A DNA stretch of 64,000 nt from the NCBI GenBank assembly GCA_030390025.1, contig CM059428.1, positions 148,242,001 through 148,306,000 of the forward strand. The letters are read 5' to 3'. The position numbers were made by a program, and so were the translations under genes. The notes beneath the pieces were generated by a model. It saw only the letters and a list, made by a program, of their open reading frames with translations, did not search any database and was not told the DNA's origin. Shown in pieces: positions 51,347 through 62,995 of the stretch. Each line of letters begins with the position of its first letter. The first letter of the stretch is position 1. Origin of the DNA: Squalus acanthias. Lineage: Eukaryota.

Positions 51347-51574
51347 CTCCTGGAAAACCATCCCAGACTTCCAGTCTGTCAAAGCGACATAACATTCCCT
51401 CCCGTGGAGTACTATCTGGTTCCAAGTCAAAGCTTTCAAACTCCAGAAGGATCTCTGCCATCGCTGGTGCAAAGATCATGTAGGTGCATTCCAAATTATT
51501 TGGATATTTCTCAGGAAATCCAGGCGATTTTATCTCTGCACTTGGTGCAGTGAAATTTTTGGAACATTCTGGCC
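51347..51574 (-). CDS. NRP1: Neuropilin-1-like, internal coding exon (equivalent to human exon 4), N-terminal part of CUB2/a2 domain
   Basis: Translates to (G)PECSKNFTAPSAEIKSPGFPEKYPNNLECTYMIFAPAMAEILLEFESFDLEPDSTPREGMLCRFDRLEVWDGFPG, collinear with NRP1 CUB2 (SPGFPEKYPN, FESFDLEPDS, WDGFP). Acceptor tttcAG| and donor |GTaag; 228 nt, phase 1-1. Confidence 0.95.
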
Positions 51575-51780
51575 CTGAAATACAAAACAATGGATTATTA
51601 ATCAATAAAACATATCGGGGTAGGAACTGAATACTGTGTGGGGTGTATAATAAGCAGCCCATGCAATATCGACCAAGACAAATTTCTACCCCATAATCTC
51701 CTCTGTCTGGCTCTCTTGTCTGTTGGAGTTAACCCATGAAATGAGCCACCACATTCCACTCCCCCCGCCCAAAAAACAAT

Positions 51781-52674
51781 GGGGTAAAAATTCAGTTGGT
51801 TGCGCCTCCCGTTAGCGCCTTAAGAGGGCGCTAATGGGGCGCAAAGCCGCTAACGCCCGTGCGCAGCGATGTTGGCGCCGCTCGGGAACTTAACTTGACA
51901 TTGTGCGGCGGCGCTAAAACTTACCGCTGTGACCACCTGCGCGCGCAGATTGTGACGTCATTCCATGGTGCAACGCCCTTGTGGCGCCCCGGAGCGGAAA
52001 TTGAGTGGCGCCCCCTGCCTTACCGCCTGACGCTAGCAACGACCAGAAGACTGGAACGCTATCAATCGCTGTGGGGCTGGGGGGGGGCGCTATTTAAAGG
52101 GGGCCTCTTCCTGTCTTTTATTGTTGGTGGCATTTTTGAACTACGCATTCTGAGAGAGAGAGGGAGAGACTTCTGGAGAGATTCAACGTTGTGTGAAGGA
52201 GTTTTGGGTACTGAGCAGCACTTTGCAGGTTCATTTTGATTTGCCATTCCTTGTATCGATTTAGCAGAGACTGTGGGAGCTGCACTCTGAGCTCTTTGCC
52301 TGGTACTCTCCATTGTTCTTTCCAGCACATTTGATGTGCAAGTCTCTCCAGGCCGAGATTCAAGGCTGCAATGAACAGGATGTGGATGGAAAGCAAGATT
52401 AACCATCCCCTTTAAGAACTGGCCCGTGCCATTGTGTCTGTGTTCCATTGCTGACTGACATTACATGAGCTTCACCAGCGCTCTGAGTTAGCGCCTCACT
52501 CCTTGGCCTTTGCGCCTTAAGACAGGTGTGCAGCGCCTGCTTTAGCGCTCCACTCACCTCCCGGGGCGGTAAAAGTGAAGTTTCCAGTCAGTGCCGATAA
52601 TTAGCGCCAGGCACTAATATTTGCGTCCAGACGATATTTGCGCCCCAAATGGGGCGCGACCTAATTTCTACCCC
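51781..52674. mobile_element. Non-autonomous Harbinger-type TIR element with AAT TSD
   Basis: TIRs ggggtaaaaatt / aatttctacccc; aat on both sides (51778-51780, 52675-52677); CpG-rich with many tagcgcc subterminal repeats. Confidence 0.8.
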
Positions 52675-54289
52675 AATGAGTACACTGCAACAATTTTTGT
52701 GGCTCTGGGTAAGGAGATGTACTCCCTACTACGGCAAAGCCCACTCTCTCCACCAAAAACATCACCTAAGCACCTCTGGGATGTACATCAGTCAGAGCAA
52801 GTAAAGACTAAATTTAGAAAAGGAATGAGCGCTTTGGACTCTACCTCACAGCTCTGCCCCTGACGAGGCCCTGCAGAAACCGCCATGGAAGGCCAGGACC
52901 TGCTATTGCCAAGTCCTGTCCTAATTTGCAGCCCTTCCACTGCAGTCCCACCGGACATACAGCGGAAATGCTCTGGAAGGGCCGTGGATTTCCGGCCCTG
53001 TGAACGCAAGTGTGTCTCTGGGAGTAACATCAGTTGTAGTAAATATATATGTCAGTTGGTGTTGGCTTTCATCCCAAAAGCTATGATTGCTTGATACACG
53101 TGCGTTGTGCGTCTCTGCAATTATTTCGTTGCCTCTGATGATGCACGATTACAGTCTTGAATATCATCAGCATTCCTACCAATAGCTTAAAAAGAGTAAC
53201 TGCTGGCAAGGTTTTCATTCACTTAACTGTTGCCACATGTAAACATTAACAACCCTGCTGGAAAACAGGCAGCAAGCGATGACCTGCAGCACTTAATCAG
53301 TGGGGTAGTGCAGATGAAAATAGGTGAGACAGGAGACGCTATCGCTGTCAGCACTGGCCTAGTGCAAGTCCATGGGGTAACTGCAATAATCCACACCTGG
53401 TAATTGTGCCAACCCATCATTAATTGGAGCACATTATGATCAAATGGAGACCAATGCAGCCTTCTTGCTTAACAATAATTGTGGCCTTTGACATAAAAGC
53501 CTGTTTCTTAAGGTTTAATAGCTTGGCTTTATGTGACTTCCAGCACTAAATATAATGGCATTCCTGATACTGCACAGTGTAAGGGATAGGCATGTGCATG
53601 GTTTAGGAATTTCAGCTGCCCACTGGAGAAACAGTAATTGCACCTTTCCTGTTGTTAATTTAAATTTTAAAGAAGGTTTTATGTGAGAATGGCAGTATTT
53701 TACTAACACCAGTGGGATGCACAAGTCTCTACGAGCTGAGGGAGTCCTGGCGTATGTTTCCACAGGGAGTGATTCTGCTTGCACACCAGATGCGACCTAT
53801 CATGCGCTGACACACAGGGTATAAGAGTTAATGCATACAGCATGTGCCTGCCATTGGGATCCAGGTCGAACAGTGTTGACACAGGTGTTGCTATAAAGTG
53901 TTGTAATGAAATGAAATGATAAATAGCAGTAGTTAGTGCAAGTTTTGCACACATGCATGAATTTTTTTCCTCCTTATCCTAAGCAGCATTGGAAAAAAAA
54001 ACCTGTTATTTATATAAAGCCTCATCACTTTTCTCAGAAATAGCTCAAAGAATCATTAAATCTCTGAAGCTTGAAAGGAGGAATTAAAAAAAAAAATTCC
54101 AGAGAGTTACGACAGCCATTTCCATTTCAAATATAAAGACCAGCAGCAGCAATATGGCGTCAGATGACTTTTGCGAGTGTACGAGAGCAATCCCAACTAA
54201 TGCTGGGCTTTCCCATTAACCAAGGATTGGCCATGGTGCAGTGCTTTATTTATTCTATGGATTTACAATTGCTTTGCCAGTTTCCGCCA

Positions 54290-54675
54290 ATTTCCTTCCC
54301 TTCGCTCCTGAAAATGTTGACTCTTGCCGGGCACAGTTCCGGAAGCGCTAGCCGACCTATGACACCTCACCCAAGCGGCCATGCTTCGCACATGGGCCCA
54401 AAAAGGGAGTGTCAACAGGCTTCTTGGGCATGAGGGACATCACAGCTGGAGATGATTCTGCTCTCACCTGATGTCACACATGCTTACTTTCACAGCTGAA
54501 GTCACTGGATAGCAATCAGGAGCAGGGAGGGAACTTTTCCTGAAGTTTTCCCCCTCTCTGCCCAGGGGCACTCCGGCTAAATAAAGGGCCGGATTGAACC
54601 CGGGACCTCCTGGTCTGGATGGCCCAGTTCCACATTGGACAGTACATTTGCCAGATACGCTATCAGGGGAGCTGA
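54290..54675 (-). mobile_element. Older tRNA-like SINE family (copies at 60510-61154 +, ~24000-24240 +, split 12825-13885 -, split 15770-16800 -)
   Basis: B-box-like gggttcaatcc after agaccaggaggtccc. Shares ctcctgatt/gatcgctatccag, cacttggg..aggt and gaaccgtacc.cagcatgagtca.. blocks across copies. Confidence 0.6.
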
Positions 54676-55199
54676 GATTTGTTTTTAAACATGGTTTGGA
54701 TGCATCGCACGGTGCCAAACATAATGTGATAATTAAATGCAGTTGGTTATCATTTTTCATTCTTGCTGGAGTTAATTATCATGTTCTGATGCTGTGAAAT
54801 GAGCAAGAACACCCACAGAATAAATTACTTTATCAACAAAACATCCATCAACATGGGAAAAACCTAAAACCTGAAGAAGATCAGTTTTGTGCGGGGTGGC
54901 ACAGGCCATTGGAGCCCTGATGCCCTGCGACACAGAAGGATAGGATACGGGGTGTGCTCCCGCGATGTTCCACATCCTGGCCACCGATCTCAGTTGTGTT
55001 ATTGTGAGGAGGCACTGAAGGGTGGAATAGTGCTTTCTTGCAGCGTGGAAGGGAAAACCAGAAGAAGGATCAGTACAGGGCAGTCTTGCTAATTTCTTAG
55101 GTGCTGGCAACATGGCAGATGCGCTTTTGCCTCACTGAAGTGCCTATCTACTGCTGACATGCTGTGCCAACGGTGCTTCTCGAGTGTGATACTCACCAG

Positions 55200-55665
55200 T
55201 CACCTGGTTGGGTGCAGCCACTACAACACTGAAGAAGCTCAACACTATCTAGGACAGAGCAGTTCACTTGAACAGCCCCCATTACGAGTAGATTCAGTAT
55301 CCACCCACTCCAACTCCGGTGCATGATGGCTGTGGTATGTATGATCTACAAGATGCACTGCAGTAACTCACCGAGGTTACTTCAACCTTCCCTCCCTTGC
55401 AGCCTCTACCATCAAGAAGGACAAGCAGTAATGTCATGGGAACACCATCAAGTTCCCCTCCGAGTCACAAACCACCCTGAATGTCGTTCCATCATTGTCG
55501 GTGGGTCAATATCTTGGAATTTCCTATTTAACACCAGTGTAGGGGTACTGTTGTCACAAGGACTGCAGCAGTTGAAGGAGGAAAGCCCACCACCTTCTCA
55601 GGGCAACTAAGGATGGGCAAGTAATGCGACCTTGGCTGTATCGCCTACATCACGAGAACAAATAA
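55200..55665 (+). mobile_element. LINE 3' end, CR1/L2-group lineage (copies 4760-5130 -, 7497-7680 +, 59343-59517 +)
   Basis: AVVCMIYKMHCSNSPRLL; shared tail ccaccttctcaagggcaacta.ggatgggcaa. Confidence 0.7.
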
Positions 55666-56349
55666 AACCAGCTGATGGCACTATTTCGGGCCGCACCTGA
55701 TCTTCCATTGGAATAACAAACTCCTGCTGTTTTGAACGAGGGTCGGCACCTGAATTTTAACTTGTCTGTTCTCTCACAGATGTTGCCTGACCTGACCTGA
55801 GACTTTCCAGCATTTTCTGTTTTTGTTTCAAACTTTTCTTGTGCTCTGCTAAGGGAATTGAGCTAGCAGCATAAACAGAGAGGAGTGGTGCACACAAGTC
55901 GCACGCCCTGTACCTGATCCCTTGGACCCTAAAGATAAAACAGGCTCAACTATAGCAGGGGCCAGGAGCAACCCAGCTACCTGCTTGCCTGTTCTTCCGG
56001 CCAGGGATGGTGAGTGTTAACGAGAAACCCCAGAGAGGAGAAGAGAAATAAACAAAAGCAGTCTCACCCTAAAGTAAAATTGTTGGCCTATTAGTTGAGG
56101 AGGTAGGTCATTCTATGTTGCCATACTGTTGTTCAATAATACTCCGCTATGATTATTTGTACGAACACCTTTGTGGCCTTCTGCGCATGTGCATGGTATA
56201 CCAGAGCTGCACACGCGCACCCGATCCCCTGCTGCACATGCACGCTGTATACCAGAGCCGCACATGCGCAGTACCCAACAGCGGCCTGCACCGTGGGCCA
56301 CGCTTTCCTCGGCTCTGTGCGGAGAAGGCCAGGGGATCCGTTGGTAGCC

Positions 56350-57140
56350 GGGGGTGGAGGGAAGAGAGAGGATCGAAAGGGGGAGAGAGAGAGAGAGGGA
56401 ATCGGAGCTGGGAGAGAGAGAGAAGATCGGTGGGAGAGAGGGAGGAGGGAGTAGAGAGAGAGGAGGGGGTAGAGAGAGAGGAGGGGGTAGAGAGAGAGGA
56501 GGGGGTAGAGAGAGAGAGAGGAGGGGAGAGAGAGGAGGGGGAGAGAGAGGGGAGATCGGAGAGGGAGAGAGAGAGAAGATCAGAGGGAGAGTGAGAGAGG
56601 AGATTGGAGGTGGGGAGATAATCGAAGGGGAGAGAGGAGATCAGAGGAGAGAGAGAGAGGAGGGAGAGAGAGGAGGAGGGGGGAGAGAGAGAGAGATCAG
56701 AGGGGGAGAGGGAGAGGAGGGAGAGAGAGAGAGAGAGGAGGGAGAGAGAGAGAGAGAGGAGGGGAAGAGAGAGAGCGGAGGGGAGAGAGAGAGAGGAGAT
56801 CGGAGGGGAGAGAGAGAGAGGAGATCGGAGGGGAGAGAGAGGGGAGATCGGAGAGGGAGAGAGAGGGGAGATCGGAGGGGGAGAGAGAGAGAAGATCAGA
56901 GGGAGAGTGAGAGAGGAGATCGGAGGTGGGGAGATGATCGAAGGGGAGAGAGAGAGAGATCGGAGGGGGGTGAGGATCAAAGGGGGGAGAGAGAGGAGAT
57001 CGGACGTGGGGAGAGAGAGGGGGGAGAGAGGATCGAAGGGAGAGAGAGGATTGAAGGGAGGAAGAGAGAGGATCAGAGGGGGAGAGAGGAGCTCGGGGGT
57101 GGGGGGAAGAGGAGATCAGGAACTCGGGGGGAGAGAAAGT
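56350..57140. repeat. Polypurine (GA-rich) low-complexity tract with gatcggag punctuation
   Basis: About 800 bp almost entirely G/A on the + strand, with internal duplications. Confidence 0.95.
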
Positions 57141-57477
57141 CAAGAACTCAGAGTGGGGTAAAGAGCACAGAGAGCACAGTGGGGATGGGGGAAGAATGTG
57201 ATCCAGGTCTAAAGGGGGGTGGGTGGGGCGAGAACGTGATCCAGATGGGAAGACAGATCACGTTCTTCCAACCCCACCCCCACCCCCTTTACACCCACAC
57301 CACGTTCTCTCTCTCCTCCCCCTAGACCTGGTTGATTACTCGGAAAGCTCGGTGCATGTGTGGTAAGTGACATCATTGGACTGGATGAAATACAGAAGTC
57401 ATGACACTGTCACTATTCACTTCATACCTTATACACCTGTTAACAATCCATGACCCACACACAATGCCCCATCTATG

Positions 57478-57745
57478 GGTGGGGGAAGGTCAGGAACTTG
57501 TTGGGGAGAAGGTCGGAACCCGGGGGAGAGGGGGAGAAGGTCAGGAACTTGGGCAGGGGGAGAAGGTCAGGAACTTGGGCGGGGGGGGGGAAGTCAGGAA
57601 CTTGGGCGGGGGGGGGGGACTAAGGTCAGGAACTTGGGCAGGAGGAAAGGTCAGAAATCCCAGGGGGGCGAGAGGGGGGGAAAGTTAGGAATTTGTTGGG
57701 GGGGGGAGGCAGGAACATGTTGGGGGGGGTGGAGAAGGTCCAAAC
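57478..57745. repeat. G-rich degenerate tandem repeat (gggg..aaggtcaggaactt)
   Basis: The motif recurs about 9 times, separated by G runs. Confidence 0.85.
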
Positions 57746-57891
57746 CTGCGAGGGTGAGCCCTGTCTGTTCTCTGTGAGCTCTGTCTGGAGCCTGGCAATC
57801 AGAATGAATGGTTTGAATTACACATTGCAAAGTACTTGATTACTTAGGCAGGCAGGATCTAATTGCACATTCCAGATAAACTGCTGGGTGT

Positions 57892-57993
57892 GTCTTGTCT
57901 TTCAAGGGGACCAATCAGAAATCTGGTCTTGTCCTCCAAGGGGACCAATCAGAAATCTGGTCTTGTCCTCCAAGGGGACTAATCAGAAATCGG
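57892..57993. repeat. 34-bp tandem repeat x3 containing CCAAT boxes
   Basis: Unit gtcttgtcctccaaggggaccaatcagaaatctg. Confidence 0.9.
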
Positions 57994-58532
57994 GTGTTGC
58001 AAATAGATGCAACCATAATACTCCAGCTTCTGCTTTAAAAAAAATAAAAACCGAAGAGGGAAGTGCCACCTCAATCACCTCCTATAAAGCTTCAGGAAAT
58101 TTTTAATTCCAATTTCAATTCCAAGCCTATGGACACAAATGGAAGATCATTTAATCGCACTATAAAAGGGGTTGCCACACAATCTGCATGCAGTATATCT
58201 ACAGCATTACAAGAGCTATTTGAAAGTAGTATTTTAACACACGGCCTGCGTATAATTTTAGAGACATAACATATGTTGATACTGGTTTCTGCACAAGGTT
58301 CACAAGCCGAATTGCATATGTTAATGTGCACAGAGGTGATGAATGCAGGGGTGATTTTTCATTGAGAATGTATGTATAAGTGATGTATGTTGGTACAGGT
58401 AATGTAAGCATACTTGTATGTATAGGCAGTGAATGTGTAGGTTATGTATGTAGCTGTGAGGTAGGTAAAGGTAATGTACATTTGTGGACGTCAAGTGAGT
58501 ATGTAGATACAGGGCATGTTTGTATAGATAAT

Positions 58533-59269
58533 GGCCCGTAATTTGCAGTCAGCGGCGAAGCAAAGGCGTTCACTGCTGGCCCTGAAGTAAAGTTCCCACA
58601 GAGATCTCACGATCTCTGTGGCGAGAAGTTCGGCTTTTCCGATGTGCAGTTGAAATCAACGTGGGAATCCCATAGTGTGAGCTGTTGTGACGTCAACAAC
58701 CTGTCCAAGCAGCCAATCACAATGCAGAATTCTCACAGACAGGAAACCAGGAAATAGAAAGCACTAATAATCAATCACTTTAAAAAATTTTTTACAGAGG
58801 GCGAAATAAAGATTGGGACGTACACATTGGGTTAAGGTAGAAACTGAAATATCATGAACAAACTTAAAAAAAATTTTTAAATTAATTTTAAATCTAATAA
58901 TTCTTTACTTAATGGAGAAATTTGACATTCCACCAATATAAAATTAGTTTCTCAGGGCCAGCACGGTTGTTTATCGGTAGTTATTACTCAGATCGCTGTT
59001 AAAAACCCAGTTACACCTCAGTTGGGGTTTGTAATTGCGATATTTGTTCAGAAAAGTTAAGCTTTTGTCAGATCAGTGATTTCACTGATTGCCAGCTCTG
59101 GGGGCGGGTGGGCACAGCCTGTGGAGGAGCAGTGTTTGACAGATCGCAACTTCAGGATTTTCGTGTTCGACTGCGCACGCGCTAAATCCTGAAGTTACGG
59201 TCAGTTTCAACAGCGAAATGACGGCGAACGCTGCCAGTTCGCTGTCATCAGGACCGCAAGTTCCGGGCC
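58533..59269. mobile_element. Non-autonomous TIR element (Harbinger-like MITE)
   Basis: TIRs ggcccgtaatttgc / gcaagttccgggcc; flanks aat/tat; internal hairpins such as aacttcaggattt...aaatcctgaagtt. Confidence 0.7.
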
Positions 59270-60509
59270 TATGTATTGTGGTACTGGTAGTGTATATAAA
59301 GTAAGGAATGTATGTACAGATGAGGGCGTATGCATAGACTATGGGTCAAAATCCTGGATCTCCCTACCTAACAGCACTCTGGGAGTACCTTCACCACACG
59401 GACTGCAGCGGTTCAAGGCGGCTCACCACCACTTTCTCAAGGGCAACTAGGGATGCGCAATAAATGCTGGCCTTGCCAGCGATGCCCACATCCCATAAAA
59501 ACGCATTTAAAAAAAAATGATGTATACTGATAATGATTAGCTATGTAAAGTGACATAAGTATGTATAAGTGATAACTGTACACTTTGACGGATTTTCAAA
59601 GTATGTGGCATAATTCTCAAAGCAAGTAAATTGCATTCAGAACTATTGACCAGTAATTTTAGATAATTAGGAAGAAATTATAGAGATTAGCTGCGTAGAG
59701 AACAAATGTGATTTGTTCTAATTGACAATACTCAAAGAGAAAGCTTGTATTATTATTGAATTAATATTAAACTTTCAACTTGCACTCTGACTAAATGAAT
59801 CCTGACATGTAATATTCATTGACAGAACTCTCACTCTGCATTGTTATTACTGCAATGGTAATCATATCACCAGGTGTCATAAAATCAAATTAAGACTAAG
59901 ATTAACTTTTAGCATGCTTAAGGGGTACTTTTTTCATTTAGCCTTCAAAAACTTGACAGTCAATCTTGCACTTTGAACTGTAATACCCTGACACAAAGAG
60001 CTTTTGTCTAGATGTTAACTGCATGTACAATCAGTGTGACTTCCAAAATGTGTCTGCCCTCCTTTACACTTAACCCATAGCCCCTTTAAATGGAATGACG
60101 TTCAGCTGCAGGCTGCCATTTCCCGCCCTGCTCCCTGTGCATAGGTCATTTAATAATGATCACCTCAGTCAATCACCCATCAGGAAATAACCCTTGTCAT
60201 TATGTAATTTTCACATGCACATCAAGTATTTTGATGCAAACGAGTTAGCATGGTTGTGTCTGTGTGTATGTAGCAATGGGAAGAGTGCAGTCATGTATGG
60301 CTGACAGTCCAATAAACAGATAACTAAAGGGAAGGCATATGAAAATTAAAGGGCTTTTTGCATCGTTAACTTTTAGTAGAGGTGATCGGTCAAGAAAGGA
60401 ATACACCATTCCCTCATTTAAAAATGTTAAAAATGCGGAGGAATTCTTGATTAAGCATGTGAGAAGAAGTATCAAAGCTGTTAACTTAGGAAAACAACAC
60501 AGCACAAGA

Positions 60510-61154
60510 GACCATTAGACCAGGGAGGTCCCAGGTTTGATTCCTGGTCTGTGCTGAGCTAGCTGATTTCAGCTGGTGTGACAGTAGGAAACTACAATGG
60601 TGTTCAGTGCTCCTGGAGAAGGGGGGGGGGGGGGGGGGGCAAAATCAGCAAGGCTCCCACTCTTGATCACTATCTTGTGATTACTTCATAGTGTCAGCCG
60701 TGACTCAGTGTTAGCACTCTCGCCTCTGAGTCAGAAGGTTGTGGGTTCAAGACCCACTCCAGAAGCATGAACACATGTTCATGAGGCTGACACTCCAGTG
60801 CAGTACTGAGGGAGTGCTGCACTATCAAAGTCTTTTGGATGAGACGTTAAACTGGGGGCCCGTCTTCCCTCTCAGGTGGACATAAAAATCCCATGGCACT
60901 ATTTTGAAGAAGAGCAGGGGAGTTCTCCACCGCTATATAAATGCAAGTTCTTTCTTTTCTTTTAGTGGCCCCCTGGTGAAAAGAGCATGTTTAGACATTG
61001 GGGGAAGAACGGGATTGGCCTCAGCTCTGATGCTCATGTCCTTCACACATGAAGAATAGCCACTTGGATGAGGTTTCATAGCACCAATGAAACCGTACCC
61101 CAGCATGAGTCAGTACCTTCAGACGAGAGGAGCAAATTAGAGGGAGGGAAAAAA
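60510..61154 (+). mobile_element. Older tRNA-like SINE split by the Deu-SINE, ending in an A-rich tail
   Basis: Head agaccagggaggtcccaggtttgattcc; tail gaaaccgtaccccagcatgagtcagtaccttcag...gggaaaaaa. Confidence 0.6.
60691..60963 (+). mobile_element. Deu-domain SINE with internal deletion, nested in a second SINE family
   Basis: Head and core as at 26418, then jumps from gagttctcc directly to the cgctatataaatgcaagt tail. Confidence 0.8.
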
Positions 61155-62629
61155 GCAGTATATCTACAGCATTACAAGAGCAAAGAATAACTGCCAACTG
61201 TCAGCTCTACTAATTAAAGCTGAATTAAGGTTATTTAAATGGATCTGAGCTAACCTGCAATTCTTCCAGACCAAGGCCTTTCTACATCCAATTCCTATTT
61301 TTTATGCATTTTCTTTCCAACTGCATTATGAGATTCCTACTTTTGTTTTCCTCTACTAGGTGATCATCCATGTTGTTGTGCATGGGAGTCAAAACTAAGC
61401 GATTAGTCTTTAGCTTCAAAATCGTTAGCTCAAGCTGGGTGGAGGGAGAGAGGGGAGAAGAGGGAGAAGGGTGTTGGGAGAGGATAGGGGGAGAAGGGTG
61501 TTAGGAGAGGATAGGAGGAGAAGGGGGAGAGGATGAGGAATGGGAGGGGGAGGGGGAGGGGCGAGTTATGAGGAGTTATGGGAAGGGGAGGAAGGGAGAG
61601 GGGGTTGAGTGTGAGAGGGAGGCATGTTGAAGAGCAGGAGGGAGGGACAAGAAACTGCAGCATCACAGGGTGTCACTTTAATGGGAAAATCCTACTGGAA
61701 ATGTGACATGACAGGTGTGTGGACACAACTAACACGAAAATCTTCATATGGAGATAGCAATTTTAATGATGCATGGATAAATAAATTCTGCATAAGTCAT
61801 CTTTGGAAGCAGTTCCTTCCCTGCCCCCACCAGTAAACAGGAGGTCAAATTCTGTTTCCGCTTAGTAAGTGAATACCACGCGGAAATGGCTGTTGCTTGT
61901 AATGTCGATGTGTTACTATCTACAAACCCATACAGGATGCATCAACTGTTTTTCTCCTCCATGTGTCAGAGTCACATACTCTGTAAGTGTGAGAGGAGCC
62001 GGTTCCAGATCCAAATGCTGCATTTACATTGCTGCTTTGCCACATATATTAAATCAACAGCACATAAACAAAAGCAAATAATTAAAAAAAACAGATCATC
62101 TGATCCTTGTCAATGACCAGAAGGTCTGAAGTTCAATGTCCCTGACGACTAGCTGTGAGATCTGTAACAAATTGAGAATGTGAAGGGCCCCAAATTGCTT
62201 AATTATGGATTTTTTTAATGAATGTCCAAATTTTAGCTCTTGGTTAGTCAAGCCCTTTAAAATGTCAGTTGTCGTTCACAGAGACACAACATGTCTCTTT
62301 GAGTGTGGGTATTTTCGTTTTCTGTACTTCGTCATTTATTCCTGTTCTATAATAGTGGAATGTGATTGAGTGATTTAAAAGTATCTGGCAGCCAGTAATC
62401 TATATGTGGATGTTGAATACCTGGTGGCCTATAGCTGATCCTTGGTAGTGTAGGGGTAGGGGTGGGGGCTTGTAATTGTGTTTTGTAGTCATTTCCCAGA
62501 TTCTGATAGGTTAGTGGGAACTAACGTGACTGTGTGATAGTTATACATCTGTACAATCCCTGCAGTCTTGTGGAAAGGTTGATAAATGGCTTTATAATAG
62601 AAATCCCTCATATCAAATTGAATATATCA

Positions 62630-62995
62630 TCTAGGCTGACAATTCACTGCTGCACTGAAGGGTTGCTGTATTGTCAGAAGTGCCTTCTTTTAGACGAGAC
62701 ATTAAACTGAGGCCCCATCTGCCTGTTTAAGTGGAAATAAAAGATCCCATCCCACCACTCGAAGAAGAGGAAGCAGTTCTCTCAGTGCCCTGGTTAATGT
62801 TCCTCCTTCAACAACACAACTATGAATATTCATCGAATTTGCTGTTGGTGGGACCTTGCTGCACACAATTTGGCTGTCACATTTGCCTGCATAACACCAA
62901 TGTCTGCACTTCAAAAATAATTCATTACTTTGAAGTGCCTTGGGATGCCCTGAGGACATGAGAAGATGCTACATAAATGCAAGTTCCTTCATTCT
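62630..62995 (+). mobile_element. Deu-domain SINE, 5'-truncated
   Basis: ctaggctgac..gagacattaaactgaggcccc..gggaccttgctg..ataaatgcaagtt. Confidence 0.75.

Noticed and set aside
55725-55830. Third hammerhead
   Set aside because: It has the same downstream tail as the 84-120 element, but the CUGANGA and GAAA cores are mutated.
56153-57325. Long Ser/Leu/Pro-rich or Arg/Glu/Gly-rich ORFs
   Set aside because: These are translations of a GA low-complexity tract.
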